NCBI GenBank assembly: GCA_977020255.1
Contig: CDROCS010002432.1
Span: 62,001-126,000 of the forward strand
Reading direction: 5' to 3'
Length of the DNA: 64,000 nt
Origin: Obrimoposthia wandeli
Lineage: Eukaryota
In this document: positions 52,383 to 61,317 of the stretch, piece by piece
Numbering within the stretch: the first letter of the stretch is position 1
Layout: each line of letters begins with the position of its first letter
Position numbers and translations under genes: made by a program
The notes under the pieces: model-generated
The model's input: the letters and a program-made list of their open reading frames with translations, nothing else
The model's database searches: none
What the model was told of the DNA's origin: nothing

Positions 52383-55300
52383 ATGAGAGTTTTCATGACA
52401 AGTTTTATGTCTAGCAAATCAGCTAACAAACCTTTAATCAACACATCAAAAAGAGCATCTATTTGTAATGCTTATCTTGCTATCACGTTATTTTTTGTTG
52501 TTTTTATTCATAGTTTCACCGTTAATGCTGCAGAGCTTAAGGTGTTGGCATTAGTGTCAGACCGTTCTGCCGCGAGTATGGTCGCAGGAGCACATCAGTT
52601 TTTAGCCATGCAGAAAGAAACTGCGAAAACCGATATTACTATTCGCAGTGTTAGTCAACTAAACCAATTAACCAATAGCCAGATACAGCAATTAATAAAT
52701 CAACATCAAGCATTAGTTGTTGCCGGGGTTTTTGGTGAATCTGTCGAGCGCTTACTGACCTTAAAATACCAGTCGCAACAAACAAGGCTTATGCTGAATA
52801 CCGATAGGCGCTTAATGGCTTTACACCATGATAAACAAGGTGGTCGTACTGCAGATTTGCCTAAGGAACAATTATTAAGCCTGATGACGGCACTTGATAA
52901 AAATGATTACCTGTCGGCATTGATTGATAAGCAGCAACAGTGGCCACAATTTTCTTATTGGCTACAAGCGCGCGCTTATTGGCAAAACCGAGGTAAAGAA
53001 AATTTAGGTCATTTGTTCGAGTGGTTGCAACAAATATCAAAGGCTCAGCTTAGTAATCGCCATAGCAATGACAATAGCGATAGCAACCATAGCTTATTAG
53101 CACAAGCGCCAAAAATTTTACCACTACAACCAATACGTTTTTATTGGCAAGAACAACTGATCAGCAAAGCGGCTTTAATCGATAATATTGCTAACAACAC
53201 AGCTAAGCCCGTAGTTTTTATTATTGATCATGATACTGGCGATCAACCCGGACAATGGCAACTGCACCAGCAGTTATGTCAAATACAATGGCAATGTGTC
53301 TCTGTACTTGCCGGTTGGGGAAAAGCTAGCGAGCAAGCAATTGAAACTATTCGACAGTTAAAAGCCACACAACCATTGGCAATCATTGCCTTGCAAGACT
53401 TTGTTATTGGTGGTGGCGAGGGGCGCGAAGCGGTAACTGAAAAGTTTAATGCGTTAAATATTCCTGTGTTTAAAGGTATTCGAGTGACAGAGCTTAGTGC
53501 CTTAGAGTACCAACTTTCACCCACAGGTTTACCCAGCGACAGTGTGCATTATCGTGTTGCAATGCCTGAATTGCAGGGTATTTCTCAGCCACATGTTCTA
53601 GCACTAGCTTCAAGCGCTAAGTTAGATTTATTAACAGGGGCTAGTTTATCTATCAGCCAAGTGTTAACCGCAGAAGTTGAGCGTTTACAAGCTCGTGTAG
53701 CTGCTTGGTTAGCACTGAAAACAACGGCAAATGCTGATAAAAAAGTGGCGATTGTTTATTATAATCATCCTCCTGGGCGTCATAATATTGGTGCCGATAA
53801 TTTGGATGTGCAGCAGTCGTTGTGGCAAATACTACTAGCCTTAAAAGCACAAGGTTATGATCTTGGTCCTGAGGCTGACTTGCCTGACTCTGCTGAACAA
53901 TTACTTGATATTTTACAACTGAAAGCGGTTAATTTACCGCAAGATGCTGGCGCACTAAATAAAATGTCGCCGCTGATTAATACGATGTCAGCAAGTGAAT
54001 ATCAAGGCTATTTTGATACCTTGCCTAGCACGGTTAAAGCTGAAATGATCGAAGGGCCATTAGGGTATTTGCATGCACAAGTTAACGATTATCTTTTTGC
54101 CAACGGAAAAAACGAGTTAGAAAAGTTAGCCGCTGTTGAGCGTAGCGCAGTATTAAAAGCTTTACGCGAAAATGTAGAAAGCACATCGGTTGATTTACAC
54201 CATGCACTTGATGGTATTCGACACAAAGGCCGTGCCCGAGCCTTAGATTTATTAGCGCAACTAACGGATACATACCAAGCGTTAATTACCGCAAGACTGG
54301 AAAATAATGAACCGACAGCGGCGCAATGGCAAGTCGCTGAGGAACTTAAAAATGCCCTAATTGCTATGCAAATTGAAGGTATTCGTGGTTGGGGTAAAGT
54401 GCCAGGAAAAACCATGGTATGGAACAACAAAATACTGCTACCGGGTGTGCAATTCGGTAATGTGTTTTTAGGGCCACAGCCACCGCGAGGTTGGGAGTTA
54501 AATGAAGAGCTTTTACACGCCAATATGACCTTCCCACCACCGCATCAATATTTGGCCTTTTATTATCATTTACGTGATGTTTTTAAAGCGAATGCCATTG
54601 TGCATTTAGGTCGTCATTCAACGTATGAGTTTTTACCAAAACGTGCCGTAGGCTTATCAGCAAGCGATTATCCTTCATTAATTATCGACAGTATTCCTAG
54701 CATTTATCCATACATTGTTGACGGTGTTGGTGAGGGCATTCAAGCGAAACGTCGCGGTATTGCCGTGATGTTAGACCATTTAACACCGCCTTTAGCAACC
54801 ACTGAGCTTTACGACGGCTTGTTGCAATTACGCCAGTTAATTGAAAGCGCAGAAGCCGCGTCGAATCAAAACACCAAGAAAAAAGCCATCAAGGCGTTGC
54901 GTCATAAAATTCAAGTGCTGAACTTAACCGATGAACTTGTTGCCAGCATGGATGAAGAATTACAAGTACGCGGTATCGGTTTTGGTGAAGTCGATGATGA
55001 CTTTTTATTGCATGAAGTCGGGCATTACCTGACCAAACTGCAAGAAGACTTTATGCCGTTAGGTTTGCATGTTTATGGCAAAGACTGGCAAGCAGACGCC
55101 ATCGAGACCATGATGATCTCCATTGAAAAAGGCGAATTAAATTTTGATGATCACCAGAGGGATGAAATTAAACAGAACCTGATTAAATCACCAAAAAGTG
55201 AAATGTCAGCGTTTTTAAATGCTTTAAATGGTGGTTTTGTTGCGCCAGGTAAAGGTAATGATCCCATTCGTACCCCTGACGCTTTGCCAACAGGTCGAAA

Positions 55301-57005
55301 CTTTTATGCTTTAGATGGCAGTTTAATTCCTTCACAGCTCGGCTTTGCTACTGGCCAGCACTTAGCCAGCAAGGCAAGAGCAGAAAATCCTATAGTGGAT
55401 AAAACTCACAAAGAAGCGGTTATTTTATGGGCTTCTGACGCGGTGCGTGATGAAGGTGCCATGATTGCGTTTGGTATGGATATGCTCGGGGTGAAACCGG
55501 TGTGGAATCGTCGCGGTATTTTAAAGTCTCTACAGTTAGTTGCACTTGATGATGAACGCGCCAAACGTCGCGATATTGTTTTTACCACTTCAGGACTATT
55601 TAGAGATTTATATGCTCAGCAGCTAGCTTGGCTTGACCGCTCAGTATTGCTAGCGCTTGCGGCAAGTAAACAGGTGATAGAGCGCGATCATCCTGCATTA
55701 ATAATGGCACTAAACTCAGCGTTACAGCCCGTAGAACACATGTTAGCGCAACAAAAACATGAGTTTAATGACAGCTTAGCTAACAATATGGTTGCCAGTA
55801 ATTGGCTGCGTGAAGCCCAAGCGTTATTACGAGCGAACAGCAACATCAGCCCCGAATTATTAGGCCGCCAAGCAAGTTATCGTATTTTTGGTACTGCTCC
55901 TGGTGCTTATGGCGCGGGTATTAATCGTTTAGCTGAGCGCTCGGGCGCATGGCAAGAACGCAAACAATTAGGTGAAGCTTATATCAAACGTATGAGCCAT
56001 GCTTACGGCGTGCCTAATGAAAATGTTGCTATGGGCAGTAATGTGCAAGCACTTTTTCGTCAGCAACTTGCTCATGTCAATAGCACGTATTTAGGGCGTG
56101 CGAGTAACCTGTACGGCTTAATTGATAATAACGATGCCTATGATTATCTTGGTGGCTTGAATTTAGCGATAGAAACTATTGCCGGTAAACAACCCGACAG
56201 CTTTGTTATTTCACATGCTAACAATCAGCAATTGTCTATTGACCCATTACAAACGGCATTATTGTCAGAGCTACGAGGACGGTTTTTAAATCGTCAATGG
56301 ATTCAACCGTTAATGAAACAAGGCTATGCGGGCGCAAGAACCATGGGCAGCGAGTTCATCGAAAACTTGTGGGGTTGGCAGGCGACCAGCCCAGAGATTA
56401 TTAAATCTTGGGTTTGGGAAGATTTAAAAGCGATTTATATTGATGACAGCTTAGCAATCGGATTAGATGAGTTTTTACAAGCAGAGCATAATGTGCACGT
56501 ACAAAGTAATATTTTAGCGGTAATGTTAGTGGCAATCGAAAAAGGCTTTTGGCAAGCATCACAACAAACACAAACTGAGCTTGCAGAGAAGTTTGCCAAA
56601 AATATTGTCGACAATGGTATTCCAGGCAGTGGTCATACTCATGCTAACCATCCAATTTATGACTTTATAAAACCCATGTTATCAGCGACGCTGAAGCGTC
56701 AGTTAGCTGAAGTATTAGCCGCGGCAAATCATACGCCTGAAGGCGATGTTGGTAGTGGTGTACAACATATTCAGGAAATTAGTACTGAGCTTGAACAACA
56801 GCGCAATGAATTAGTAAAACCTGAGGCAAAGCAAGCATCAAGCGATAAAACGGCTGAGCCACAAAACAGCGACTCACAAGAGAATACGAATGAGCAGGCT
56901 GTTGAGAAAAACCATTTATTATTGGGCTTAATTGTTTTGATATTACTGCTAATTTTAGCTGGCTATATGCGTGCTCGTCGTCAATTACCAACAATGGATC
57001 ATTAA
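52383..57005 (+). CDS. CobN/magnesium-chelatase H family protein with signal peptide and C-terminal membrane anchor
   Basis: IVYYNHPPGRHNIGA..LDV, GNVFLGPQPPRG, HLGRHSTYEFLP, YPYIVDGVGEGIQAKRRG, LPTGRNFY; N-terminal h-region ending TVNA|A; C-terminal LLLGLIVLILLLILAGY-MRARR. Confidence 0.88.
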   Translation: MRVFMTSFMSSKSANKPLINTSKRASICNAYLAITLFFVVFIHSFTVNAAELKVLALVSDRSAASMVAGAHQFLAMQKETAKTDITIRSVSQLNQLTNSQIQQLINQHQALVVAGVFGESVERLLTLKYQSQQTRLMLNTDRRLMALHHDKQGGRTADLPKEQLLSLMTALDKNDYLSALIDKQQQWPQFSYWLQARAYWQNRGKENLGHLFEWLQQISKAQLSNRHSNDNSDSNHSLLAQAPKILPLQPIRFYWQEQLISKAALIDNIANNTAKPVVFIIDHDTGDQPGQWQLHQQLCQIQWQCVSVLAGWGKASEQAIETIRQLKATQPLAIIALQDFVIGGGEGREAVTEKFNALNIPVFKGIRVTELSALEYQLSPTGLPSDSVHYRVAMPELQGISQPHVLALASSAKLDLLTGASLSISQVLTAEVERLQARVAAWLALKTTANADKKVAIVYYNHPPGRHNIGADNLDVQQSLWQILLALKAQGYDLGPEADLPDSAEQLLDILQLKAVNLPQDAGALNKMSPLINTMSASEYQGYFDTLPSTVKAEMIEGPLGYLHAQVNDYLFANGKNELEKLAAVERSAVLKALRENVESTSVDLHHALDGIRHKGRARALDLLAQLTDTYQALITARLENNEPTAAQWQVAEELKNALIAMQIEGIRGWGKVPGKTMVWNNKILLPGVQFGNVFLGPQPPRGWELNEELLHANMTFPPPHQYLAFYYHLRDVFKANAIVHLGRHSTYEFLPKRAVGLSASDYPSLIIDSIPSIYPYIVDGVGEGIQAKRRGIAVMLDHLTPPLATTELYDGLLQLRQLIESAEAASNQNTKKKAIKALRHKIQVLNLTDELVASMDEELQVRGIGFGEVDDDFLLHEVGHYLTKLQEDFMPLGLHVYGKDWQADAIETMMISIEKGELNFDDHQRDEIKQNLIKSPKSEMSAFLNALNGGFVAPGKGNDPIRTPDALPTGRNFYALDGSLIPSQLGFATGQHLASKARAENPIVDKTHKEAVILWASDAVRDEGAMIAFGMDMLGVKPVWNRRGILKSLQLVALDDERAKRRDIVFTTSGLFRDLYAQQLAWLDRSVLLALAASKQVIERDHPALIMALNSALQPVEHMLAQQKHEFNDSLANNMVASNWLREAQALLRANSNISPELLGRQASYRIFGTAPGAYGAGINRLAERSGAWQERKQLGEAYIKRMSHAYGVPNENVAMGSNVQALFRQQLAHVNSTYLGRASNLYGLIDNNDAYDYLGGLNLAIETIAGKQPDSFVISHANNQQLSIDPLQTALLSELRGRFLNRQWIQPLMKQGYAGARTMGSEFIENLWGWQATSPEIIKSWVWEDLKAIYIDDSLAIGLDEFLQAEHNVHVQSNILAVMLVAIEKGFWQASQQTQTELAEKFAKNIVDNGIPGSGHTHANHPIYDFIKPMLSATLKRQLAEVLAAANHTPEGDVGSGVQHIQEISTELEQQRNELVKPEAKQASSDKTAEPQNSDSQENTNEQAVEKNHLLLGLIVLILLLILAGYMRARRQLPTMDH

Positions 57006-57513
57006 TATGTTATATGGCTTTTCTTTAGAATTAATGCATTTAATTACCTCGTGGTTACTACAACCGGTCGTGTGGGGCTTATTGTTTTTTACCGCATTAG
57101 CAGTTTATGAATTTGGCTTAGCCATTGGCGAGCGTTTTTCTGTTATTCCAGCGTTAGTGGCGGCAAAGCAAAAGCGTCAGTTAATCGAACAAGGTAAAAA
57201 GCGCATTGAACGCGCTGACTTTATTACTCGCATTGCGCCAATGCTGGGGTTAATGGGTACTTTGATCCCTCTAGGCCCAGGATTATCAGCCTTGGGGACG
57301 GGCGATATCAGTATTTTAACCACCGCAATGACAGTGGCTTTTGACACCACCATCATCGGCTTACTTGCCGGTGTAATGGGCTTTGTATTGGGACGTATGC
57401 GCAGACGTTGGTATGATAATGCCATGCAACGTTTAGACGAAGACGAAAGTGCCAGCCTAGCTGCGCTACATATAGCGCCAAGTGAAGAACTCGCGCTAAC
57501 AAAAGGTGCTTAA
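56971..57513 (+). CDS. MotA/TolQ/ExbB proton-channel family protein
   Basis: RIAPMLGLMGTLIPLG...AMTVAFDTTIIGL; likely start ATG 57007. Confidence 0.88.
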   Translation: MLVVNYQQWIINMLYGFSLELMHLITSWLLQPVVWGLLFFTALAVYEFGLAIGERFSVIPALVAAKQKRQLIEQGKKRIERADFITRIAPMLGLMGTLIPLGPGLSALGTGDISILTTAMTVAFDTTIIGLLAGVMGFVLGRMRRRWYDNAMQRLDEDESASLAALHIAPSEELALTKGA

Positions 57514-57516
57514 ACA

Positions 57517-57846
57517 ATGAGTGATGCATGGCGTAGCAGCCAATTTGATAGCCAAGAACAAGAGCCGTTAGGGCCATTGGCTAATTTAATTGATATTATG
57601 TTGGTTTTTGCTTGTGGCTTAATCGCCGCCTTAGTGGCGCTGAGTCCTGAATTAGAACAACATTTTCAGATAAATAAAGCCGAGAGTGCAGCGCAAATTC
57701 AACCGGTAAATTCCGTTGGTAAAGAGTTAAGTACAGCACCAGAGGCACTAAAAAATAAACTGCAAAGCCAAGAAGGTTATCAGTCGATGGGGCAAGTGTA
57801 CCGTGATCCTGAAACAGGCAAGTTGATCCTTATTAGCAATGAGTGA
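57517..57846 (+). CDS. DUF2149 (ExbD/TolR-like) protein
   Basis: PLGPLANLIDIMLVFACGL TM with ExbD-like Asp; C-terminal MGQVYRDPETGKLILI. Confidence 0.85.
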   Translation: MSDAWRSSQFDSQEQEPLGPLANLIDIMLVFACGLIAALVALSPELEQHFQINKAESAAQIQPVNSVGKELSTAPEALKNKLQSQEGYQSMGQVYRDPETGKLILISNE

Positions 57847-57883
57847 TCGACAAAAAAATAGTAAATACATGAATCGTTAGCAA

Positions 57884-58537
57884 GTGAGAAATATGATGAG
57901 TAATACAGAAGAAGCAAAACAGAAAGAAAAAGCATTAGCAGCAGCGAAAGAACAAAAGCATATTGAACGCCAGAAAAAGATTAAAGCCAGTGTTGACGAA
58001 CGCGTAGCGCAAGCCACGGAAGAACGCGGCGTGCTAGTGGTTATTACGGGTAATGGTAAGGGTAAAAGTACCTCAGGTTTTGGCACGGTATTGCGCGCTA
58101 TTGGTCATGGCCAAAAGGCCGGAATTGTGCAATTTATCAAAGGTTCGAAATGGGAATGCGGCGAAATGAACATTTTAAAGCAATTTCCTATTCAGCATCA
58201 TGTCATGGGCACAGGCTTTACGTGGGAAACCCAAAGTACAGAAACTGATATTGCCGCAGCGAAAGTGGCATGGCAAAAAAGTAAAGAAATGCTCAGTGAT
58301 GAAAGCCTAGATATTGTTTTACTCGACGAAATGACCTACATGGTTAAATACGGCTACATTGAGTTAGATGAAATTATCGAGGTGCTAAATAATCGCCCTA
58401 AGATGCAACATGTATTGATCACCGGTCGCGCGTGTCATCGTCGATTAATTGAGTTAGCAGATACTGTGTCTGAAGTTCAACCGATTAAACATGCCTTTAA
58501 AGCTGGCGTAAAAGCACAGAAAGGTTTGGATTGGTAA
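57884..58537 (+). CDS. cobO: Cob(I)yrinic acid a,c-diamide adenosyltransferase (CobO/BtuR)
   Basis: VITGNGKGKSTSGFG, VQFIKG, MGTGFTWETQ, VLLDE, ITGR, KHAF.AG.KAQKGLDW. Confidence 0.95.
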   Translation: MRNMMSNTEEAKQKEKALAAAKEQKHIERQKKIKASVDERVAQATEERGVLVVITGNGKGKSTSGFGTVLRAIGHGQKAGIVQFIKGSKWECGEMNILKQFPIQHHVMGTGFTWETQSTETDIAAAKVAWQKSKEMLSDESLDIVLLDEMTYMVKYGYIELDEIIEVLNNRPKMQHVLITGRACHRRLIELADTVSEVQPIKHAFKAGVKAQKGLDW

Positions 58538-58923
58538 TTGTGTTTATAGGATGTATGAAACAGCATGGATGCTCATAGTTAAATTAATCAAGCCTATAAA
58601 TAATTAGCATACTTTTTTGCTGCCCTTTGATTTTTAATATGAGTAAGAAAAAGAGCTTATCTAGTTATCCTTATTTATTTTGTTACGCAATTAATTGCAC
58701 TGTGTGTTAATACAGTCTTGAGCGGTATCCTGCTTTCATCCAATAAAAAGGAAATATTCTCGTTTATGTCTTTAGCATAACGAAATGTTTTATTAGTAAC
58801 TTATTGTAGATAGTAGATAAACAAGGTATGTTTTGATTATTTTAAAATATGAAAGAAGGATTTTTTCCTTGTTTAAATAAGGATTTTTTCTTCATAATAA
58901 GCTGTTATATGCAAAGGAGATGT

Positions 58924-59346
58924 ATGAGTAATATTCTAAGTTGGCTGTTAGCCGTTGTCGCGACAATTTTATTTTTAATGATTTCAGCTGAGCCATCAAT
59001 ATATATTGATTTACCAACTATTCTTTTTATTATTCCTTTTGTTTACGGATTATCATTTGTAATTCATGGTTCAAAAAAAACGTTATCTTCTATAAGTAAT
59101 ATTAAGTATTTGTTTATATCTATTGATAGTATAAATGAAGAGTTGTCAGCAGTTTATTTAGATCAAATCAAGTTAACGATTATTACTTCATTTATAGGAC
59201 TATCCGCAGGATTAATGGCGTTATTAGCTAATTATGAAAATCCAAATTCTATTGCTCCAGCTTTAGCGGTATTAATGCCTTTTATATTATATCCATCACT
59301 TATTATTGGTTTAGTATATTATCCTTTGTATAAAAAAATGGCGTAG
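58924..59346 (+). CDS. Integron-type cassette gene: AT-rich membrane protein (MotA-N-like)
   Basis: AAGGAG RBS before ATG 58924 (ORF track opens at 58849); YIDLPTILFI and three to four TM segments; flanked by GTTATATGC (58904) and an attC. Confidence 0.75.
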   Translation: MSNILSWLLAVVATILFLMISAEPSIYIDLPTILFIIPFVYGLSFVIHGSKKTLSSISNIKYLFISIDSINEELSAVYLDQIKLTIITSFIGLSAGLMALLANYENPNSIAPALAVLMPFILYPSLIIGLVYYPLYKKMA

Positions 59347-59351
59347 TTTGC

Positions 59352-59450
59352 ATATAACAAGCTGTTAAACAAGGACAAAAAAGAGTTGGTTTTGCTCCTT
59401 CCTCGCTAATTTTAACCAACTATTTTTTGCCTGTTAACAGGGCGTTGAGG
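59352..59450 (+). repeat. attC integron cassette recombination site
   Basis: Imperfect palindrome AACAAGCTGTTAAACAAGGACAAAAAAGAGTTGGT ... ACCAACTATTTTTTGCCTGTTAACAGGGCGTT with unpaired extra bases; starts 5 nt after the stop codon; R'' GCATATAAC is the exact complement of GTTATATGC in front of the gene. Confidence 0.85.
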
Positions 59451-60081
59451 CTGTAGAATTTCTCCAAAAAAGGCGTTTTCACGTCTTTTTCTATATCTGA
59501 CTTAATTGTTTGTTTTTTAACCTTGAACTGCGTTTTCGTCTGTGATCTAATAGATATTATTCACCGACAGAAAAATATCATGGCGAACTATAAACCTGAT
59601 TTATCTTGTCAAAGTAAGTTCATTCCCATCGATTTCACACAGCAAATAATCCCGGGTACGTTTGAATATGCGCTTGCGCATATTGTTGAAAATCACCTTG
59701 ATTTATCAGGCTTTGAACAGTGGTATCAAAACGATAAAGGCGGCGCAGCCGCCTATTCGCCATCAGTGATGTTAAAGATTATCCTGTTTGGTTATTCTCG
59801 TGGTTTTATCAGCAGTCGCCGCATTGCCAATGCCTGTGAAACCAACATTACTTTCATGAGTTTATCGGGCGATGTTCAGCCGCACTACACCTCTATTGCA
59901 GCCTTTGTTACGCGAATGAAAGACCAAATTGAGCCGCTATTCACCCAAGTATTAATGATATGTGATAAGGAAGGACTCATTGGCCGTCACATGTTTGCCA
60001 TCGATGGTTGCAAGATAAAATCCAATGCGAGTAAAGAATATAGTGGGACATTTGACGAGTTAACTCGCAAAGAAGAGAAGA
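59447..60081 (+). mobile_element. 5' fragment of an IS1182-family element (transposase truncated after about 167 codons)
   Basis: From ATG 59580: QIIPGTFE...GGAAAYSP.VMLKIILFGYSRG..SSRRIA.AC..NITF..LSGD..PH.TSIA.F...AIDGCKIKSNAS (DUF772/IS1182 pattern); frame runs into the AGTTTTATCAGGCCACCC repeats; left end inferred at GAGGCTGTAG. Confidence 0.82.
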
Positions 60082-61226
60082 AGTTTTATCAGGCCACCCA
60101 AGTTTTATCAGGCCACCCAGTTTTATCAGGCCACCCATAATAACCTGCTTGTATTTTAATCAGTAAACTACACTTAATGAACCTTACTTAGCGAAGTGTA
60201 GAGACTGTTATGCCAAAGCCCCGTTCACAACAAATTAGTTTGTCAGATACGCCGTATTACCATATTCAAAGCCGCACTGTACGAAAAGCATTCTTATGTG
60301 GTGTCGATAAAGCAACCGGAGTTTTATCAGGCGAGTTTTATCGGATAATAACCGAATATTTTAATCAGTAAACTTTAATGAACCTTTACTTAGTGAAGTG
60401 TAGACTGTTATGCCAAACGTACAACAAATTTGTCAGATACGCCGTATTACCATATTCAAAGCAGCACGAGTTTCGCACCAATAACTTATATTTCCAGTAA
60501 ACTACACTTAATGAACCTTACTTAGTATTTTTATCAGGCCACCCATAATAAGCTGCTCATATTTCAATCAATAAACTACACTTAATGAACCTTACTTAGC
60601 GAAGTGTAGAGACTGTTATGCCAAAGCCCCGTTCACAACAAATCAGTTTGTCAGATACGCCGTATTACCATATTCAAAGCCGCACTGTACGAAAAGCATT
60701 CTTATGTGGTGTCGATAAAGCAACAGGCATGAATTATGAGCACAGGCGCGATTGGATAGAAGCGCGAATTTTTGAATTATCTCAAGCGTTTGCCATTGAT
60801 ATTTGTGCTTATGCCGTCATGCATAAAGTTTTATCAGGCCACCCATAATAACCTGCTAAAGTTTTATCAGGCCACCCATAATGACCTGCTCATATTTTAA
60901 TCAGTAAACTAAACTTAATGAACCTTGCTTAGCGAAGTGTAGAGACTGTTATGCCAAAGCCCCGTTCACAACAAATTAGTTTGTCAGATACGCCGTATTA
61001 CCATATTCAAAGCCGCACTGTACGAAAAGCATTCTTATGTGGTGTCGATAAAGCAACCGGCATGAATTATGAGCACAGACGCGATTGGATAGAAGCGCGA
61101 ATTTTCAAATTATCTCAAACGTTTGCCATCGATATTTGTGCTTATGCCGTCATGCATAATCACTTGCATCTCGTGCTGCATGTTGACACAGCGCAAGTGA
61201 ATAATTGGTCTACGCTAGAGGTACTT
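60082..61226 (+). repeat. Head-to-tail array of nine 3'-truncated copies of the left end of the RAYT/Y1 element
   Basis: Units start AGTTTTATCAGGCCACCCA (or decayed versions) at 60082, 60101, 60119, 60320, 60334, 60469, ~60527, 60827, 60860; four of the starts in the array plus the intact copy have ATG exactly 91 nt downstream (60210, 60618, 60951, 61318). Confidence 0.9.
60618..60848 (+). pseudogene. Truncated RAYT/Y1 transposase copy
   Basis: Near-identical to the first 70 codons of 61318-62298, ends in the next repeat start. Confidence 0.85.
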
Positions 61227-61274
61227 AGTTTTATCAGGCCACCCATAATAATCTGCTCATATTTTAATCAGTAA
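60951..61274 (+). pseudogene. Truncated RAYT/Y1 transposase copy
   Basis: Near-identical to the first 92 codons of 61318-62298, interrupted at 61227. Confidence 0.85.
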
Positions 61275-61317
61275 ACTACACTTAATGAACCTTACTTAGC
61301 GAAGTGCAGAGACTGTT

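Noticed and set aside
60082-60137. 19-bp direct repeats as a CRISPR array
   Set aside because: No unique spacers of regular length and no cas genes; the sequence after each repeat is the transposase element's own left end.
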